Assembly: GCF_036588685.1 (NCBI RefSeq)
Contig: NC_086379.1
Location: 80,228,001-80,292,000, forward strand
Reading direction: 5' to 3'
Length of the DNA stretch: 64,000 bases
From: Mytilus trossulus
Taxonomy: Eukaryota
Part shown: one piece after another, positions 1 to 14,030 of the stretch
Layout of the letters: each line of letters begins with the position of its first letter
How positions within the stretch are numbered: position 1 is the first letter of the stretch
The notes under the pieces: generated by a model
Seen by the model: the letters and a program-made list of their open reading frames with translations, nothing else
Databases searched by the model: none
Told to the model about the DNA's origin: nothing
Translations under genes and position numbers: made by a program

Positions 1-61
1 AACGAATTTACATAAGACGCGCAATGGGTTTGTTTTTCTCGATAATCACACAGTAGCAATA

Positions 62-271
62 GGACTATTCACGGTTAGTTCGGCCATATTGGATAGGGGG
101 CAGATTTTTTTGAAAGAGGTAGAAATAGTATGAAAGTGGGGGAAATCCTATGCATGTTTCTAAGCAACTGCTCTGTTTTAATGATGTGTTCCCGTATTTT
201 TCACACCATTTCTACCTCCATTATGAAAATCTGTCCCCTATCCAACATGGCCGAACTAACCGTGAAGAGCC
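62..271. mobile_element. MITE (~210 bp) with ~70-bp imperfect TIRs and GG...CC ends
   Basis: ttcacggttagttcggccatattggatagggggcagatttt (68-108) is mirrored by aaaatctgtcccctatccaacatggccgaactaaccgtgaa (226-266). Both flanks carry ATA (possible 3-bp TSD, PIF/Harbinger-like). Confidence 0.75.
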
Positions 272-1740
272 ATATTGACCAGCTCTCCTACTTGCAAGAC
301 ATACTAAACTATCGATTCACTTTTATAACTAGCCTCAAATTGGTGAGGTATTAATGAAAATATTTAATTAAAATTTATTTGAGGATTCGTTATTCTTTTT
401 ATAAGAAATTTTACTTTACATCAGAAATAAAACTGTGATACAGATTTTAGTACGCCTAACCGAGCTTGAAGGAATGCCAAAACATGTATGTTTAAATATG
501 AAGTAAAGACAATGTGAAGTAAACGCCAATGGAACAGCGACCCACCAAAAGAAATATTCTAAAAAAAGAAATATTGAAGTTATACGGAAAATGAGGGTAT
601 ATTGGATAGGGACAGACATTTTGTCTCGCAACAAGCCACCTTCGGATCTCAAAGAGATGTTACAAGGATTCCTAATGTATATAGAGCATACCACACTCTT
701 TGCATGATGCATGATACATCGAATTTAACACCTCTATGCTGACGTGGCTACGTACTTAAACATCCCGCACAGAAAAAAAGGACGTCACACTTTGGTGAGA
801 GTTTTACTACCAATTAAAGTAGCCCCAGTTTTATTCCCCAGCTGCCTTTGTGGTTTATGGATATAATTGTTTAATGCACCAAAACTGATTGAATATTTTT
901 ATTTCAATTGATTACTTAACAACCATATTGTTTTCTCTATACCTTGTATTATCTAAGTTTTGTCATGCATTATACTGTTTGTATTTATATTTAGATATCA
1001 AAATGAATACATCAATTGTTCATATTTCATATTTTGATTTTTAGTCAGATTGATTTAAATATTAATGTTATTGTGAGATGTACTGTAAAAATAAACACAA
1101 CAAAAATTGAAGATAATTCAAAATTAAATTAATTATAAATGTTTTTAAATATTGAATACACATTAAATTTTTTCACATCAGTTGATAAACATATCAATAT
1201 TAACTGCTTTTGTTTTATCAGTTCCAATGATCACCGTACTGTATAAACTATATCGACCTACCAATAGTTTACAATAAAGGTGTCAAATTGTAATTTATGG
1301 ATAATAAAAAAGAATTATAAATCTAATAAAACAAATTGATTTCTCAACAATGTTAATTCAGATCTAGCCACTCGACCCAAATAAAGAAATGTGAATACAG
1401 TCCTTTTCACTCTTTTATTTTTTCAAATGTATAAAGGATCGTTTGCTATCTGAACGGAAAAATCATTAGCGATAGATACTTAAAATAAATGTGAAGATGA
1501 AGAAAAAAAATTGCGAAATACGTGTATAGATGTGTGTAATACGTTTATTATGAAGCTAAGTATGACATAGTAGTTTTACCTTTGGAAGTTACTTTCTGCC
1601 GAACGATGGTTCATTTTTATACCAAACATTTGAAAGAACCATCAATGCTTATTATTACATTGTATGGTGATATGGGGATTTGTTTTCTTCTTTCAAAAGA
1701 GCATTTCAAATTAACAAACTTGTATAGCTACAATTAGCTA

Positions 1741-2026
1741 TGTGGGAAATCTGTCTGTCTGATTTGACCCAGTTATGTGGGAAATCTGTCTGTCTGATTT
1801 GACCTCATTCTGTGGGAAATCTGTCTGTCTGACTTGACCCAGTTATGTGGGAAATCTGTCTGTCTGATTTGACCCAGTTATGTGGGAAATCTGTCTGTCT
1901 GATTTGACCTCATTCTGTGGGAAATCTGTCTGTCTGACTTGACCTCATTCTGTAGGAAGTCTGTCAGTCTGATTTGACCCTATTCTGTGGTAAATTTGTC
2001 TGTCTGACTTGACCCTATTATGTGGG
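1741..2026. repeat. 35-bp minisatellite, ~8 copies
   Basis: Unit tgtgggaaatctgtctgtctga(t/c)ttgacc(cagtta/tcattc) starts at 1741, 1776, 1811, 1846, 1881, 1916, 1951, 1986 and 2021. Confidence 0.97.
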
Positions 2027-2432
2027 AGAAGAGCTGGCTGTCACGAATACAATTAACATTCTTTATACGCTGTCTTAAACCTTATTGATTGCATGTAAAA
2101 CCTCAATCTCCATTTCAATATGAAACATGATAACGACTTAACAATAGCAATGTTACGTACTGGAGTTTTTCCGTGATTTTCTAGTGAATGTAATACTAAT
2201 GAATCTTAAAATATACCTGAATTGGTCGAACGCTTATATTAGGTTATTTTCTGGTCTATCATGTGCCAACAAATTTATCTACTTTGCATAGCTACCATTT
2301 CGTTCCCTTCGTTACTTGGTTAACAATTTAAGATTGTATACCTTAATGAGTTCTCGCATATAATACAGTGTCTGACTGTTAGACAAAAGTAAGTATTTCA
2401 CAGCAAGATCAAAGCATATTTATTTTTTATTA

Positions 2433-2640
2433 AAGGTACCATATTATAATTTAATACACAATACGCGCGTTTCGTCATCAGACTCATCAGTGACGCTCAC
2501 ATCAAAATAGTTGTAAAGACAAACAAGTACAAAGTTGAAGAGCATTGAGGACCCAAAATTCAAAAAAGTTGTGCCAAATACGACTTATGTAGTATATTCC
2601 TGGAATAAGAAAATCCTTATTTTTTCCAAAAAAAATTAAG
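2433..2640 (-). mobile_element. Hammerhead-bearing short repeat (family H1), degenerate ribozyme at 2456-2496
   Basis: Minus strand reads GCGTCA-CTGATGA-GTCtgatGAC-GAAA-CGCGCG-TA-TTGTGT. The core is intact but stem I is weakened. The body is homologous to 48763-48932. Confidence 0.8.
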
Positions 2641-5448
2641 TTTTGACAACAGAATTTTTTTTTATTTTTTTTTTAACTCTTTGAAAATCTTTTTAAAAAT
2701 TTCGCTGAAAAAATAAATTTTGAAATTTGAGACGCTACGCACCATTTCATTAAAGATTATGTTACTAGTATGTAGATACAAAAAAAAAGAAGAAAGAATA
2801 AAAGGAGAAAGGACATGGTTTGCAACCGACAGCACCAGCGACGCTCGAAGCAAAACAGTCAGAAGAACAAACCAAATTAGAAGATGCACTGCATTGAAAG
2901 CAGTTAATTCCTAAACTCTGTTTCAATAACAATAAACACAATTTATACTTTTTTTAATTCTCTATTCACTTTCTAAATTAATGCTATTTTGGTATGAATA
3001 TATAATATATATAGCATACATACTGTGTGATAAAAAAAAAGTTTATACAATGCAGATTGTATAAATTTGTTGGGAGTTTTCTTAATTTATTGATATGTAC
3101 TTCCCAAAATCCCGGGTTCACACTTTTCAGCTACCGGTATAAATATTTATGGTTGGTCTATCTACTTAAAGGAGTTTCCTTGTTGAAAGTTCGAGATTAA
3201 GCTCCGTTCTAAAGAAGGTTGAAAAAAACAGGGCAAATAATATAGAAATGTTTCCGTGCTGGGAATTTTAACTATTTTTTTAAAACTCTGTAGTGTTATA
3301 AACCACATGTACTTATAGATAAGTATTAGTCCTCTTTACTGGAAGTCGTTTCAATTTTATAGTCGTTTGTTATGAATGTTTATATGTCTGTCAGAGGTCG
3401 TGGGTCATTTATCATACTTAAAAAGCCCCATGCAATCCTTAATTAAAATAAAGACTTCAGTTTATAAGATTAATAAGAAATGTTTCAGTTAGTTTCAAAG
3501 ACTGTACATTTACGGCTTTATGAAAATTGGGTTTAATGATCGGAAAACTTTTACATTTCTAATAGCATTACAAAATTAAATGGAACGTTAAAGTACTTCA
3601 GAGTGATGTATGTAGCTGAAAGGATCTGCCTTAATTGCACAATTTATTATCTAAATTTAAAGCATTCGAGTGCATGTTATAATACAAAACTTGCTAAACA
3701 AAAAGTAAATTGATTGATTGATTGTTGAAAGCTAATATCGAAACTTTTTAAACAATAAATTTATACGATTTTTGAAAAAAATATATGTGAAACGTGATTG
3801 GTAGAAGCAGCAACTTGTTTCTATATAATCGAATAGATCCTCCTTTAGCCTTGGAATTCTTCATAAAAAAAAAAAGTAAGAAAAAAAAAAGAGCAGTCGG
3901 AAATTTCGTTTTTCTTCACAACGACACAATATACTTTCAAGATGCAAAACCACTAGAATGAAAGATATAAAGTCCTACCATACAAGTCATTCAACTTTTG
4001 CATTACACGCCAAAGAAGAACGAACGACAGTCCCAATATTAGTCCAATATGACCATTTTCGGTAAAAGTGCATATTTGAATCGACCGATTATACTTTGTA
4101 ATACGCAAATAAGATGGGTTTTCGTTCAATCCCATTCTATATACATTAAAAAGATTTGTAAACACCCTTTGAACTAAAATCCAATTCAACTTTTTATTAC
4201 AATGTACTTACCCATATATAGAAAATATAATATTAAAATTGGCAGGAGAAGACACGTTAACATGTGTACGAAACAACCTTGGATAATTCACGAAATCTTA
4301 GGTCGTCAATATATGCATGACTTGTAATGCAACATGACATTTCGATTTTAGAATAATTATACAACTAGGAAATAATTGATTAATAAAACAGCGATTTACA
4401 AATGTAATTGGTGAAGGATTTTCAGATGTAAATATATCTAATGTAATGGAACTCTCATTCTAAACTCGCTTCCAAATTAAACAGTCGTTGAACTGGTTCA
4501 AAATAATTGAAATAACATGTTAGCAGTCTGAATATCGTTAAATAAAAGCTGTTAGAATGCAGAAGCCAAAGAGCGACACATACAACTATTAAAAGTCGGT
4601 ATGAACATTTTAAATTAAATTATTAAATCTGGCAAATTAAAATTTGCTGATTCTCATTGACAAGTAAACAGTAAGAACGAAATAATACAGAATCTGCTTT
4701 CACCAGGTTATTAACCGTATGGGTTTCATATTGAATGATCGACCAGAAGACAAATCGACGTATGAGTGGTCAATAACAAAAAAAAAATGGAAATGTTGTT
4801 ATCGTGACAAGTCACTGGCAAATTGTACTTAAAAATAGGTACCGTTATTTTTATATTTCTTTATGAACTCTAGCTCAGACATTTCCAGAAAGCTTAAATA
4901 TATTCTATTTTAAATTGTTGATTTCTCTCTGTGACAGTTTCTGCCATCAATTTCTTAATCAATTGATTTTGTATTTATTGTTTTTGTCAACCCTTAATTA
5001 CTGCCAATCTATGAAAGAACAGACAGAAGACACGAATAGTACACCAAAAACCATATGTCGACGAAAAAGCGACAAACCAATGCACTCATGAAGATAGGAA
5101 TTTCAAAAAGGGTCTTAAAAGCCCCTTTATCATTAGACTGTTTTGTAACTTTAAATAAAAAAAGTTTCTCTTAGTTTTTGAGCATTTTAAACGTTACCGT
5201 CGTTACAAACTTGTCAAGGTTATAAGAGAAACCTGGTTTATTATAAAACTATTTTAAGGATTTTTTTGTAAACCTATGCCCACTTGAGAACTGGACATTA
5301 GACTTAAAGATGTCTCAATTGAATTAATTCACACGTTTTCCAACATGCCACTTAAATGCTAGGCCACTGTTGACTTATTTACAACAGTTAGGCTATCTTC
5401 TTTATTTCATGGTGTTGCGAAGCTGTCTCATTGAAGGTTTTCCATTTC

Positions 5449-5646
5449 AAGTCTGCCTTTTATTCATACATAATGATGAAGCATTGACGTTTTGTTCCCT
5501 CTGAAGTCTGCCCTTTATTCCTATCTAATGATGAAGCATTGACGTTTTGTTCCCTCTGAAGTCTGCCTTTTATTCCTATCTAATGATGAAGCATTGACGT
5601 TTTGTTCCCTCTGAAGTCTGCCCTTTATTCCTATCTAATGATGAAG
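5449..5646. repeat. 55-bp tandem repeat, 3.6 copies
   Basis: aagtctgcc(t/c)tttattcctatctaatgatgaagcattgacgttttgttccctctg starts at 5449, 5504, 5559 and 5614. Confidence 0.97.
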
Positions 5647-6639
5647 ATGAATGAACTAACGTAAGAAAATGGTGATACAAATTGGGCCATGAAAAGAGTT
5701 AGGCAAAGGTCAACAGATCTAATTAATTTATAGGACATCCAGTCGGAATCTGAAATGTAATCACAACATTCCAATTAATCTTTATGACTGAGGTTGTTTA
5801 TTAATCTACAAATACCGTGGACAGTGACATCAGTCGTAAAAAATAGAGACAAACAGAGAAAAAACAATTTCTACACTAACATGACTAAATCATCATTATT
5901 GGTAGAAAATATAAGCGTCAACTTATCAATATAAATCGGCAGAAAAATGACTGAAGCCGACCCTAAATATTCTCTTCGGGAGTATTGGGTTTATTTGCTT
6001 GAACAATAATGACTAAATGAAGATTTCACTGTGAATAATCAGAAGCAAAACTGTATTGTATAAATACCTATCGATCAATGGTCTACTAATTTCAAAGTAC
6101 ATTAGGTTTGTATGCTCATTTTGTGTGTTTATATCATAAGAATGCTTGTTTTGTCAATTTTCTTTAAAGACATACAAATAAATGTGTTTTTTGAAAATAT
6201 TAAAAAAGACGTTGTGATGACGTGTACAAAATACATCTATCAACACAAATTTGTTCAGTAATAGTAGTCTAACTCGGTTAATTAAGAAAAAAGACATTTA
6301 TAAAACTATTCAATAAAGTATTTCTAAATATAAGGTATAATGTAGCGTAACAGTCTTGATTACTTTTAAGTGAAATGAGAACACTGCAAAAAGGTAGCAC
6401 ATCAACGTGTTAAGTTACTTATATTTTTGAAACTTCGTTTGTACAAGATTGAAAATGTACTAGATATTGCTGGAATGAATTTTTTAGATATGTCTTTTTT
6501 TTGTGTGTGGATTGCCAGCACATTAAGTCAGTAAGCCCGCTGTACTGACCAACGTGGCCTCGCTCCTGGCCAATACAAAAACAACCATGAACTAGTAACT
6601 ATAAATGAACAAGAAAGCTGTTAAAGCGAGTGTTCCAAG

Positions 6640-7035
6640 TAGTGAAGTTGAATTTATCGCTTCGTAAATTTCACGGACGCAGTCACGAGTTGCTTGACCG
6701 TTATAGAATATCTCTTTTACAAATGACGACTAATGCAAATCCAATGTTCGTAACTACAATTCCATCCCCTTCTCCGGATGTGACCTACCGTATTTGACTT
6801 ACAATTTGTATTTACACGAGCAGCACAACGGGTGCCACATTTAAAGCAGGAATCTGCGCTTACCCTTCCTTTACCACATGAGAGCATCCCAGCTTTTGGT
6901 GGGGTTCGTGTTGCTTAGTCATAGTTTTCTGTGGTTTGTTTTGTGTAAAGTAGTTTGTCTGTTAGTCTATTTTCAGTCATTGCGTTGTCAGTTTATTTTT
7001 GAGTTTGAATATTTTTGTTATTTTTCGTCTCTCTT
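6640..7035 (+). mobile_element. Diverged 3' end of the Penelope-like element
   Basis: Homologous to 13600-14013 (gtgaagttga...ttgaccgtta...cgggtgccacat...ggggttcgtgttg...gttgtcagttt). Confidence 0.85.
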
Positions 7036-8982
7036 TATATAATATTGTCTGTTTTGTACTTAACAATAGGGAAAATATTAAAAAGTATAATCACAAAATA
7101 AAAAAATGTACTCCGATGAAAATCCAAAAAGGGCAGTTCCTAATCAAAATGGCAAAATAAACACCTCAAACACATCAAACAGATTAAGGAGCATTCAAAA
7201 CCCATAATTCGAAAAAAAAAAACTTGCAAAAAACAATGAAAAGAAAAGCAAGTCCCCAAAACACTATGAAAACATAAAATGAATAACACGAACCCCACCA
7301 AAACTTTTGGTGAACTTAGGTGCTATAGAAGGGTAAATATGTCCTGCTTTTCATGTGTCGTACATTTTTGTATAGAGTTTCCCATAGTAAACTGCAATAT
7401 CCGAATCTAGAAAAGGACAATAAATGCTGTTTACAATGGATTGAATTTTTTAGTTGTTTTTGCCATGTCTGCCTGTTTCCAACCGGGATTTAAAAAAAAA
7501 GGTCAACTAATAATCTTTTAAAGGTAAATCAGGACAATTTTTATAATAGAACCTGTCTACGGGATAGGATACATATGTCATTATTATCAAAGAATTTCAC
7601 ACCGTTTGGTATTTGAAATCTTTAAATATGAAATCGTATCCCACCCTTTTACGCATTTTATTGAAGCTATGATTTTATGTATAGCTAGTATTAAGATTGA
7701 TAAAAAATATTGAAACCACTTTTTCAAACTTGTTATTAAGGTTTAAAAATTATCGTTCAGATGCGAATTCGCGTGGAAATATTTCATTAACGTGGTCTAA
7801 AATGATGAAGGTGGTTTTAACGACCTTGGCTACTCATAAGGGTCTTGCACGCCCAGTTTTTATTAGAGTTATGTATGTAAAGGAGGACCACAATCATCTT
7901 ATATTTAACAAAATTAATGTTAATTGGGAAAGGTAGAATACGGAAGCCTCAAAACCACATTTTGAAGAAAAACATGTAAAACAATCATCATGCTATATTA
8001 AATGTACTGAGGTTCCTAAATTAACCAGTTTGTATTCTTAGACAGTGGTTAGTTTTTGGACACTTAACTTTGGCATCCTACCTGAAAAACAAATGATACA
8101 TATTTCAATCCTATTGGATACGAATTCTTATACTTAAAAAAGATTATAAAAAATCTGTGTTTAATATAAATTATTTGTATCATGATTGATCTCATATATT
8201 TTCAGGAGAATCTTAAAAAGAAGTCAATTTAACGAGTATAAGTTAACTTACCGCTCATCTTAATGTAGAAGTTTTCTTAATACGATGTCCGAATTTTTTT
8301 TCATCACATTTTGAAATAACTGTTGAGTGGTCAATATTAAAATAAACACTGATATTTTTCAAGAACAAATTACTTGATTGACTCCTGTAATTTAATTCAA
8401 TAATAAACTTTCCAGGTGCTATTTTCTCACTGCACATTCACTATGATAATAAAGTATAGTTTTACACCTTCTAGTTTGTATCAGATCGATTGTAGCCGAT
8501 ATTAGACTGATAAAGTAGATTATATCGGTGTTTAAATATTGTTTATATGTCACGTTGGTTTGTATATCTCGTCACAGTCATACTACTTATAGCGCGTCGA
8601 CTAACTACAGCAATGTCTAAGTTTGTCTATTGACAAGTAGGAATTTCTTGTAAATACATAAAAGCATTTTCTGTATAACCAAATGAAATATTTTTCTCTG
8701 TGAGGTAAATGAATAACTATTTATGCAAAGTAAATATTTGTCGCAAAACAGCAGATAATCTTGCCATGTTATGAGATATTATGATAACATGTTCCAAATA
8801 TCCATATTTTTCATCAACATATCTCTGCACTCCAGAATGATTCATAAGTCTCACAAGTTTGGCAATAGTAACGAATAAAATTCTGATAACTGTCACTGTA
8901 AAAACATATCTTAGTTTTCATTTTTTTTCTGAGTTAGTCGACGAGATGTTCAATTTTCCAAGTTTTCACAATTTTTTTCTAG

Positions 8983-9007
8983 ATGACCCGACAGCCAGAG
9001 AATTTAG
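8983..9007 (+). other. Candidate 25-nt micro-exon
   Basis: ttttcacaatttttttctAG|ATGACCCGACAGCCAGAGAATTTAG|GTAAGA: strong polypyrimidine acceptor and near-consensus donor. Confidence 0.4.
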
Positions 9008-11607
9008 GTAAGATTTACTTATGATATGATAACGTTTATAATGCAATTTTTATTAATAATATTCAAAATGGTAATGTTTGTCCCGCAGTGTTGAAATTTA
9101 TATCCTTTGTCGACTCTAACCTCGTGTTAATCGTGAATTATTTAGGAAATGTGAGAGTCATGATACCATCATCATGATGTTTGCATTTTTTTAAAACGAT
9201 TCTCTTTATTTATTTTTAAAATTTCTATTATTAGTAACATCATACATTCTTGTACCTTAGTGTTTGAAGAATTTATATAACTATATCGTTTATAGTATTT
9301 AGGTAAAATATTGAATATACATTATTTATCTTTAAGTATATTTATGGTCATATATAGGGTGTAACGAACAACCGATCGTGATTATACCTCGAAGGCGTTT
9401 AAACATTGGTTTAAAAATAGAATAAAAAGAAAGAAAGAAAAATGAAAGAAGCAAAGGTTAAAAGTGGTTAAACTGTAGTATACAGTACACTATCAATCTA
9501 TATCTAACTTTAGTAAGATCTGCTATTGCAAACTTAGCTTAAAATGTAGAGAGAGTTTATAATGACAAAGCATACTTAAGGTCAACTATAAAAGGTTTAG
9601 GGTTAGAATAATTAATGTCTTTAAAATGTTTCATTCTCTATGTTTAATCGTAAGAAAATACGATAAAATTTTAATGATATTTAATATGTAAATAGTTGTA
9701 TTATAATGATATAAATGTCGGCTTTGCTAAACACATACAAGTTGTTTGTGTACGCCAAAAATTAGACGGAAATAAACATATCATAGCAAACATAAAATGT
9801 TATCTAAAAAATGTGAGATATTAGGGGGATAATTACAAACTATAAGGCTGTGAAAAAACCGACAAAACTCAAGCAACAAAGGAGCTTAAAACACATAAGA
9901 TACAAACAAACAAAAAACACTACACAGAAACTATGAATTGAGCAACATAAATCCTGTCAATTTTAATGTTATGTTGTTTCATAGAGCCCGTAAACTTAGA
10001 TACGATTATTTTAGTAAACTTATTTTGAAAGGTTGTCAATTTACCATTGAAGTATGTGTTTTGAATATTGTCTTTATCTGTATTAACGTTGATTTTGTTT
10101 TAATATTACAAAAGTATTTAATATCAATAAATATGTATGGCTATACAGTTATGAACTATTTCAGTTATCATTTTATCGATATTCATATTTTGTTAATTCA
10201 CAAGGTCATACTTAATTGAAAGTGTACTGATTGCTGAAACTTAGAATGCTCGGATAGCCTCTTTGACCTTTAGGAGCATGCATACAATATAACACTGAAG
10301 TGGACGCCAAACTGACAGGGTTGCACGTCTGCACTCTCTTCCCCTTAATTGTATACCCATAAAGATTGTAAGAAATGAATAGTTTGCACATTAATTTGTA
10401 AAATGTTATGTTCCATTACACTGGCTGTCCACATTGTTTCCCTTTTATTCTGTTTATTTTTCCATTAATGATAGTTATCAAAATTACCAGGATTATAATT
10501 TTATACGCCTCCTAATTACTATTTTTAGCCAACGACATTTAGTGCCTGTACTAAGTCAAGTCGTCCTAACCATGTGCTTTTCCGTTGTTGTTTGTCTTTG
10601 TTCAGAGCTGCGGGTATATTTTTGTGGAGGAATTCGATTTTATAGGTGAACAAAATGTTAGCTGTTGAATTGTGCTATATATTTGGTTATTTCTATCATT
10701 CTTTTTGTTATATTCTTATCATAAGTTATTGAACGTAATTGTATTCCACAGTACTAAGTACATTAAATATATTGTAAGAATAAACAGAATAAAGCGTATT
10801 TATAATCTTAAAATGCAATATCCTTCAATTGATGTCATTAGGGATTCCATGTTTTATTTCATAGCGACAGAGCACGCGCCTAACAGAAATATAAATCTTT
10901 AACGTCTGCTTTAGTTTTTCTAACATACTTCATCATTAAATGAATAGTACAAGTCTTTAAACATGCTTCCCTTATTTATAAATCAGTGAATTTTTCTTTT
11001 TGTATTACCGTCATTAATATACAGAAAAGGAATGTTCTTCGTCATTCAAATCAAATCTTAAACTACAAACCCATATTTAGACCACATAAGACGACTTTAT
11101 ATCCGATACCAATTTGATATAAATTCAAATATTCATGGACATCACATTTCATTTAAATAGTTTATTAAGAGTTATACCCTCATTGGCTGCTTAATAACCG
11201 GCATTTACAGCTTTATAGAAAAGTAAATTCCCGCGATCGACCACTTTCGTAATAAAAAAACGATCTTTGGAATCGAGAATCTTCATTAAGCATGTTGTTA
11301 TGACAATACGTTGCTTAACTGGATAAAGCTATTTCATCTGCATTCTATTTGAATAAAGATTTATTTACAGCATATTTTGGAATATGTCGTTATTATCATA
11401 TCTCAGTATGCATTTTATGCAATTTTAGACGAGTTTAAAAGACTTTTCATCGGTTGATAGTTTCAAAAACATTTTCCAGGTATAAACTATGTATTTGAAT
11501 CAAACATTTTCCTGTACTTTCTGTACAGTAAAACACTTATTCACTGGTTACGAGGACGAATACAAGTTTTATTTTTCTCAGAGACACCAACTATTCCCAT
11601 TGAAATC

Positions 11608-12958
11608 AAAACTGGTAAATAGTCTAATTCGGTAGGTCACATTCATTAAAGGGAAGTGGATTGTAGTTACGACATAAGGAACACATCCGATATCATTTGT
11701 GAAACGGTTATTCTATAACGGTCAACCAACTCGTGATGGCGTCCGTAAAATTTACGAAGGGATGATTTTAACTTCAACATTTGGAACTCTTGGTTTAATA
11801 GCTTCCTTGTGAGCAGCAACCCTCTATCAAGAAAATCATGATAGGAAATGTAAGCACGGGAATATTGTAGCAATTGAGAGATATATACCCCGTATGCAGG
11901 TGCTGCTGGAATGTTGCTACTTAGAAATGGAAAGTTCACAATTGGAAAGCTGAAATCCTCTCTTTTGTCATAAAGTTTTGTTTTCAACCGACCCTCATTG
12001 TCAATTTCTAGATATAAGTCAAGATATGAAGCCTACTTAACTGTATCTGTAGTATCCCTTATCTCTAGTTCGATGGGATAGATGCGTTCCACATAGTCAC
12101 CAAATTTTGAATTGTTTAGTGAAAGAACATCATCTATATAGCGGAAAGTAGAATTAAAGGATATTGCTAACTTCTTATCTTTCTTCCTAAGAAGTTTCTG
12201 CATGAAGTCAGCCTCATAATAACAAAGAAACAAGTCGGCAAGTAGAGGGGCACTGTTTGTTCCCATTGGAATGCCGACAGTTGTTTTGAAAAACACGTCC
12301 TTCGAACGTAACAAATATGTTGTCAATCAAGAAATCAAGCATCTTGATAATGTCACTTTCAGAGAAGTTTTTGTTTGAATCAGAGTGATCCTTTACAAAG
12401 TAGGATTTATCCCTCCCTAAGAAAAGAGTAGAAAAGTCAAATGTTTTAGTACTGTTACAAGATGAAATAGAGTTAGATTGTATGTACTCTAAAAGATCTT
12501 TTGAATTTTGAGTATCCACACCTGCTTCACGCCAACTCTAGAATAGTCAGTTTCACAATAACTTTGAAGCCCGTCTTTGATTGCTGATAAAATAGATGTT
12601 AATAATTTAGAAAGAGGTTACGTGGAGCACTTATAAGACCCAGCAATATACCGTTGTTTGTAAGGACACTTATGTAGTTTAGGTATCCAATACAGTGATG
12701 GACGATCCAGTTCTTCATCTTTGGTTGAAATACCAAAGGAACAAAGAACAGACCTATGATTATCCAGGATTTCCTCTTTGGTAAGTGTCGTGAGGGTATA
12801 TGTTGAGTTTCCAAGTGAATTGTCTATACTTAATTCGTTTATCAAGCAATTAATGTAATGACTTTTACAGACAAAAACGATGTTATTTAGGGCTTTGTCT
12901 GCGGGGACAACAACATATTTATCATGAAGGTCGGATAGGTGTTTAGAAACATTTGCAT
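11608..12958 (-). pseudogene. Penelope-like retroelement reverse transcriptase, 5'-truncated, with stops, frameshifts and an internal deletion near 12421
   Basis: The ORF-track pieces join into one RT: VVVPADKA, LYWIPKLHK, TFDFSTL, GIPMGTNSAPLLADLFL, FRYIDDVL, TKLYDKREDFSF, PAYGVYISQL, ending VSQMISDVFLMS*. These motifs are typical of PLE RTs. No GIY-YIG domain follows the RT. Confidence 0.92.
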
Positions 12959-13449
12959 AAGGTACACACAATATAATATAAGGTTATACCTATCTTGAAT
13001 ACAATACGTTTGCAACAAAATGCAGTGTAATTTATTTCATCATTACTACGGTAGTGAATAGGTATTTTTGGTTAGTTGTTATCCCCTCATTCAAATTTAT
13101 GTTATGTCCTTGGAATAATGAAGAAAAACATCTAATCTTGAAAACTATACATTTTAAGCACTTTGGGCGTTATTATTTTCTGTAGATATTCAATGATCGT
13201 TTCTAGTCGGAAATATCTGCTTTAATTATATTTATAAGCCTCGTCCATGTTTTTAAGCATAAAACATTTAACTAAGCTGCCAGACTATACAGATTAAACA
13301 AATTAAATCAAAGAATTTTATATTTAAGATAAAATGACATTTTAAGTGGCAAATTGACGTAAAAAAAATAACACTTGTCCTGCAACTGTGATTTCAAGCT
13401 GTTCTGCTGCTGTTTTCAAAAAGTCTGTAATATCCTTTAACTCTACTTT

Positions 13450-14013
13450 CATTTCTAAGTAGCAACATTCCAGCAGCACCAGCATGCGGGGTATATATCT
13501 CCCAATTGATACGATATTCCCGTGCTTGCATTTCCTATCATGATTTTCTTGATAGAGGGTTACTGCTCACAAGGAAGCTATTATACCAAGAGTTCCAAAT
13601 GGTGAAGTTGAAATCATCCCTTCATGAATTTTACGGACGCCATCACGAGTTGGTTGACCGTTATGGAATAACCGTTTCACAAATGATATCGGATATGTTC
13701 CTTACGTCGTAACTACAATCCCCTTCCCTTTCATGAATTTGACCTACAGAATTAGACTATTTACCGGATTTGTAATCACATAAGCAACACGACGGGTGCC
13801 GCATGTGGAGCAGGATCTGCTTACCCTTCCGGAGCACCTGAGATCACCCCTAGTTTTTGGTGGGGTTCGTGTTGTTTATTCTTTAGTTTTCTATGTTGTG
13901 TCATGTGTACTATTGTTTTTCTGTTTGTCTTTTTCATTTTAAGCCATGGCGTTGTCAGTTTGTTTTAGATTTTTGAGTTTGACTGTCCCTTTGGTAGCTT
14001 TCGTCCCTCTTTT
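13450..14013 (+). mobile_element. Penelope-like element 3' portion (RT C-terminus plus complete 3' UTR)
   Basis: ORF 13506-13712 is near-identical to the C-terminus of 11667-11987. A ~300-bp tail follows, ending tcgtccctctttt, which recurs many times in the window. Confidence 0.92.
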
Positions 14014-14030
14014 ATGCAACGACAAAAAAA

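Noticed and set aside
1741-2026. CRISPR-like periodicity (35 bp)
   Set aside because: The units are contiguous with no unique spacers, there are no cas genes, and the context is eukaryotic.
130-11000. Numerous 60-100-aa ORFs in the track (here and throughout the window)
   Set aside because: Low-complexity F/I/L/K/N composition, many non-ATG starts and no motifs; expected by chance in AT-rich DNA.
13730-13775. Possible SECIS (ATGA...AA...GA) in the PLE 3' UTR
   Set aside because: I could not pair helix II convincingly by eye, and I saw no conserved in-frame TGA in the RT fragments.
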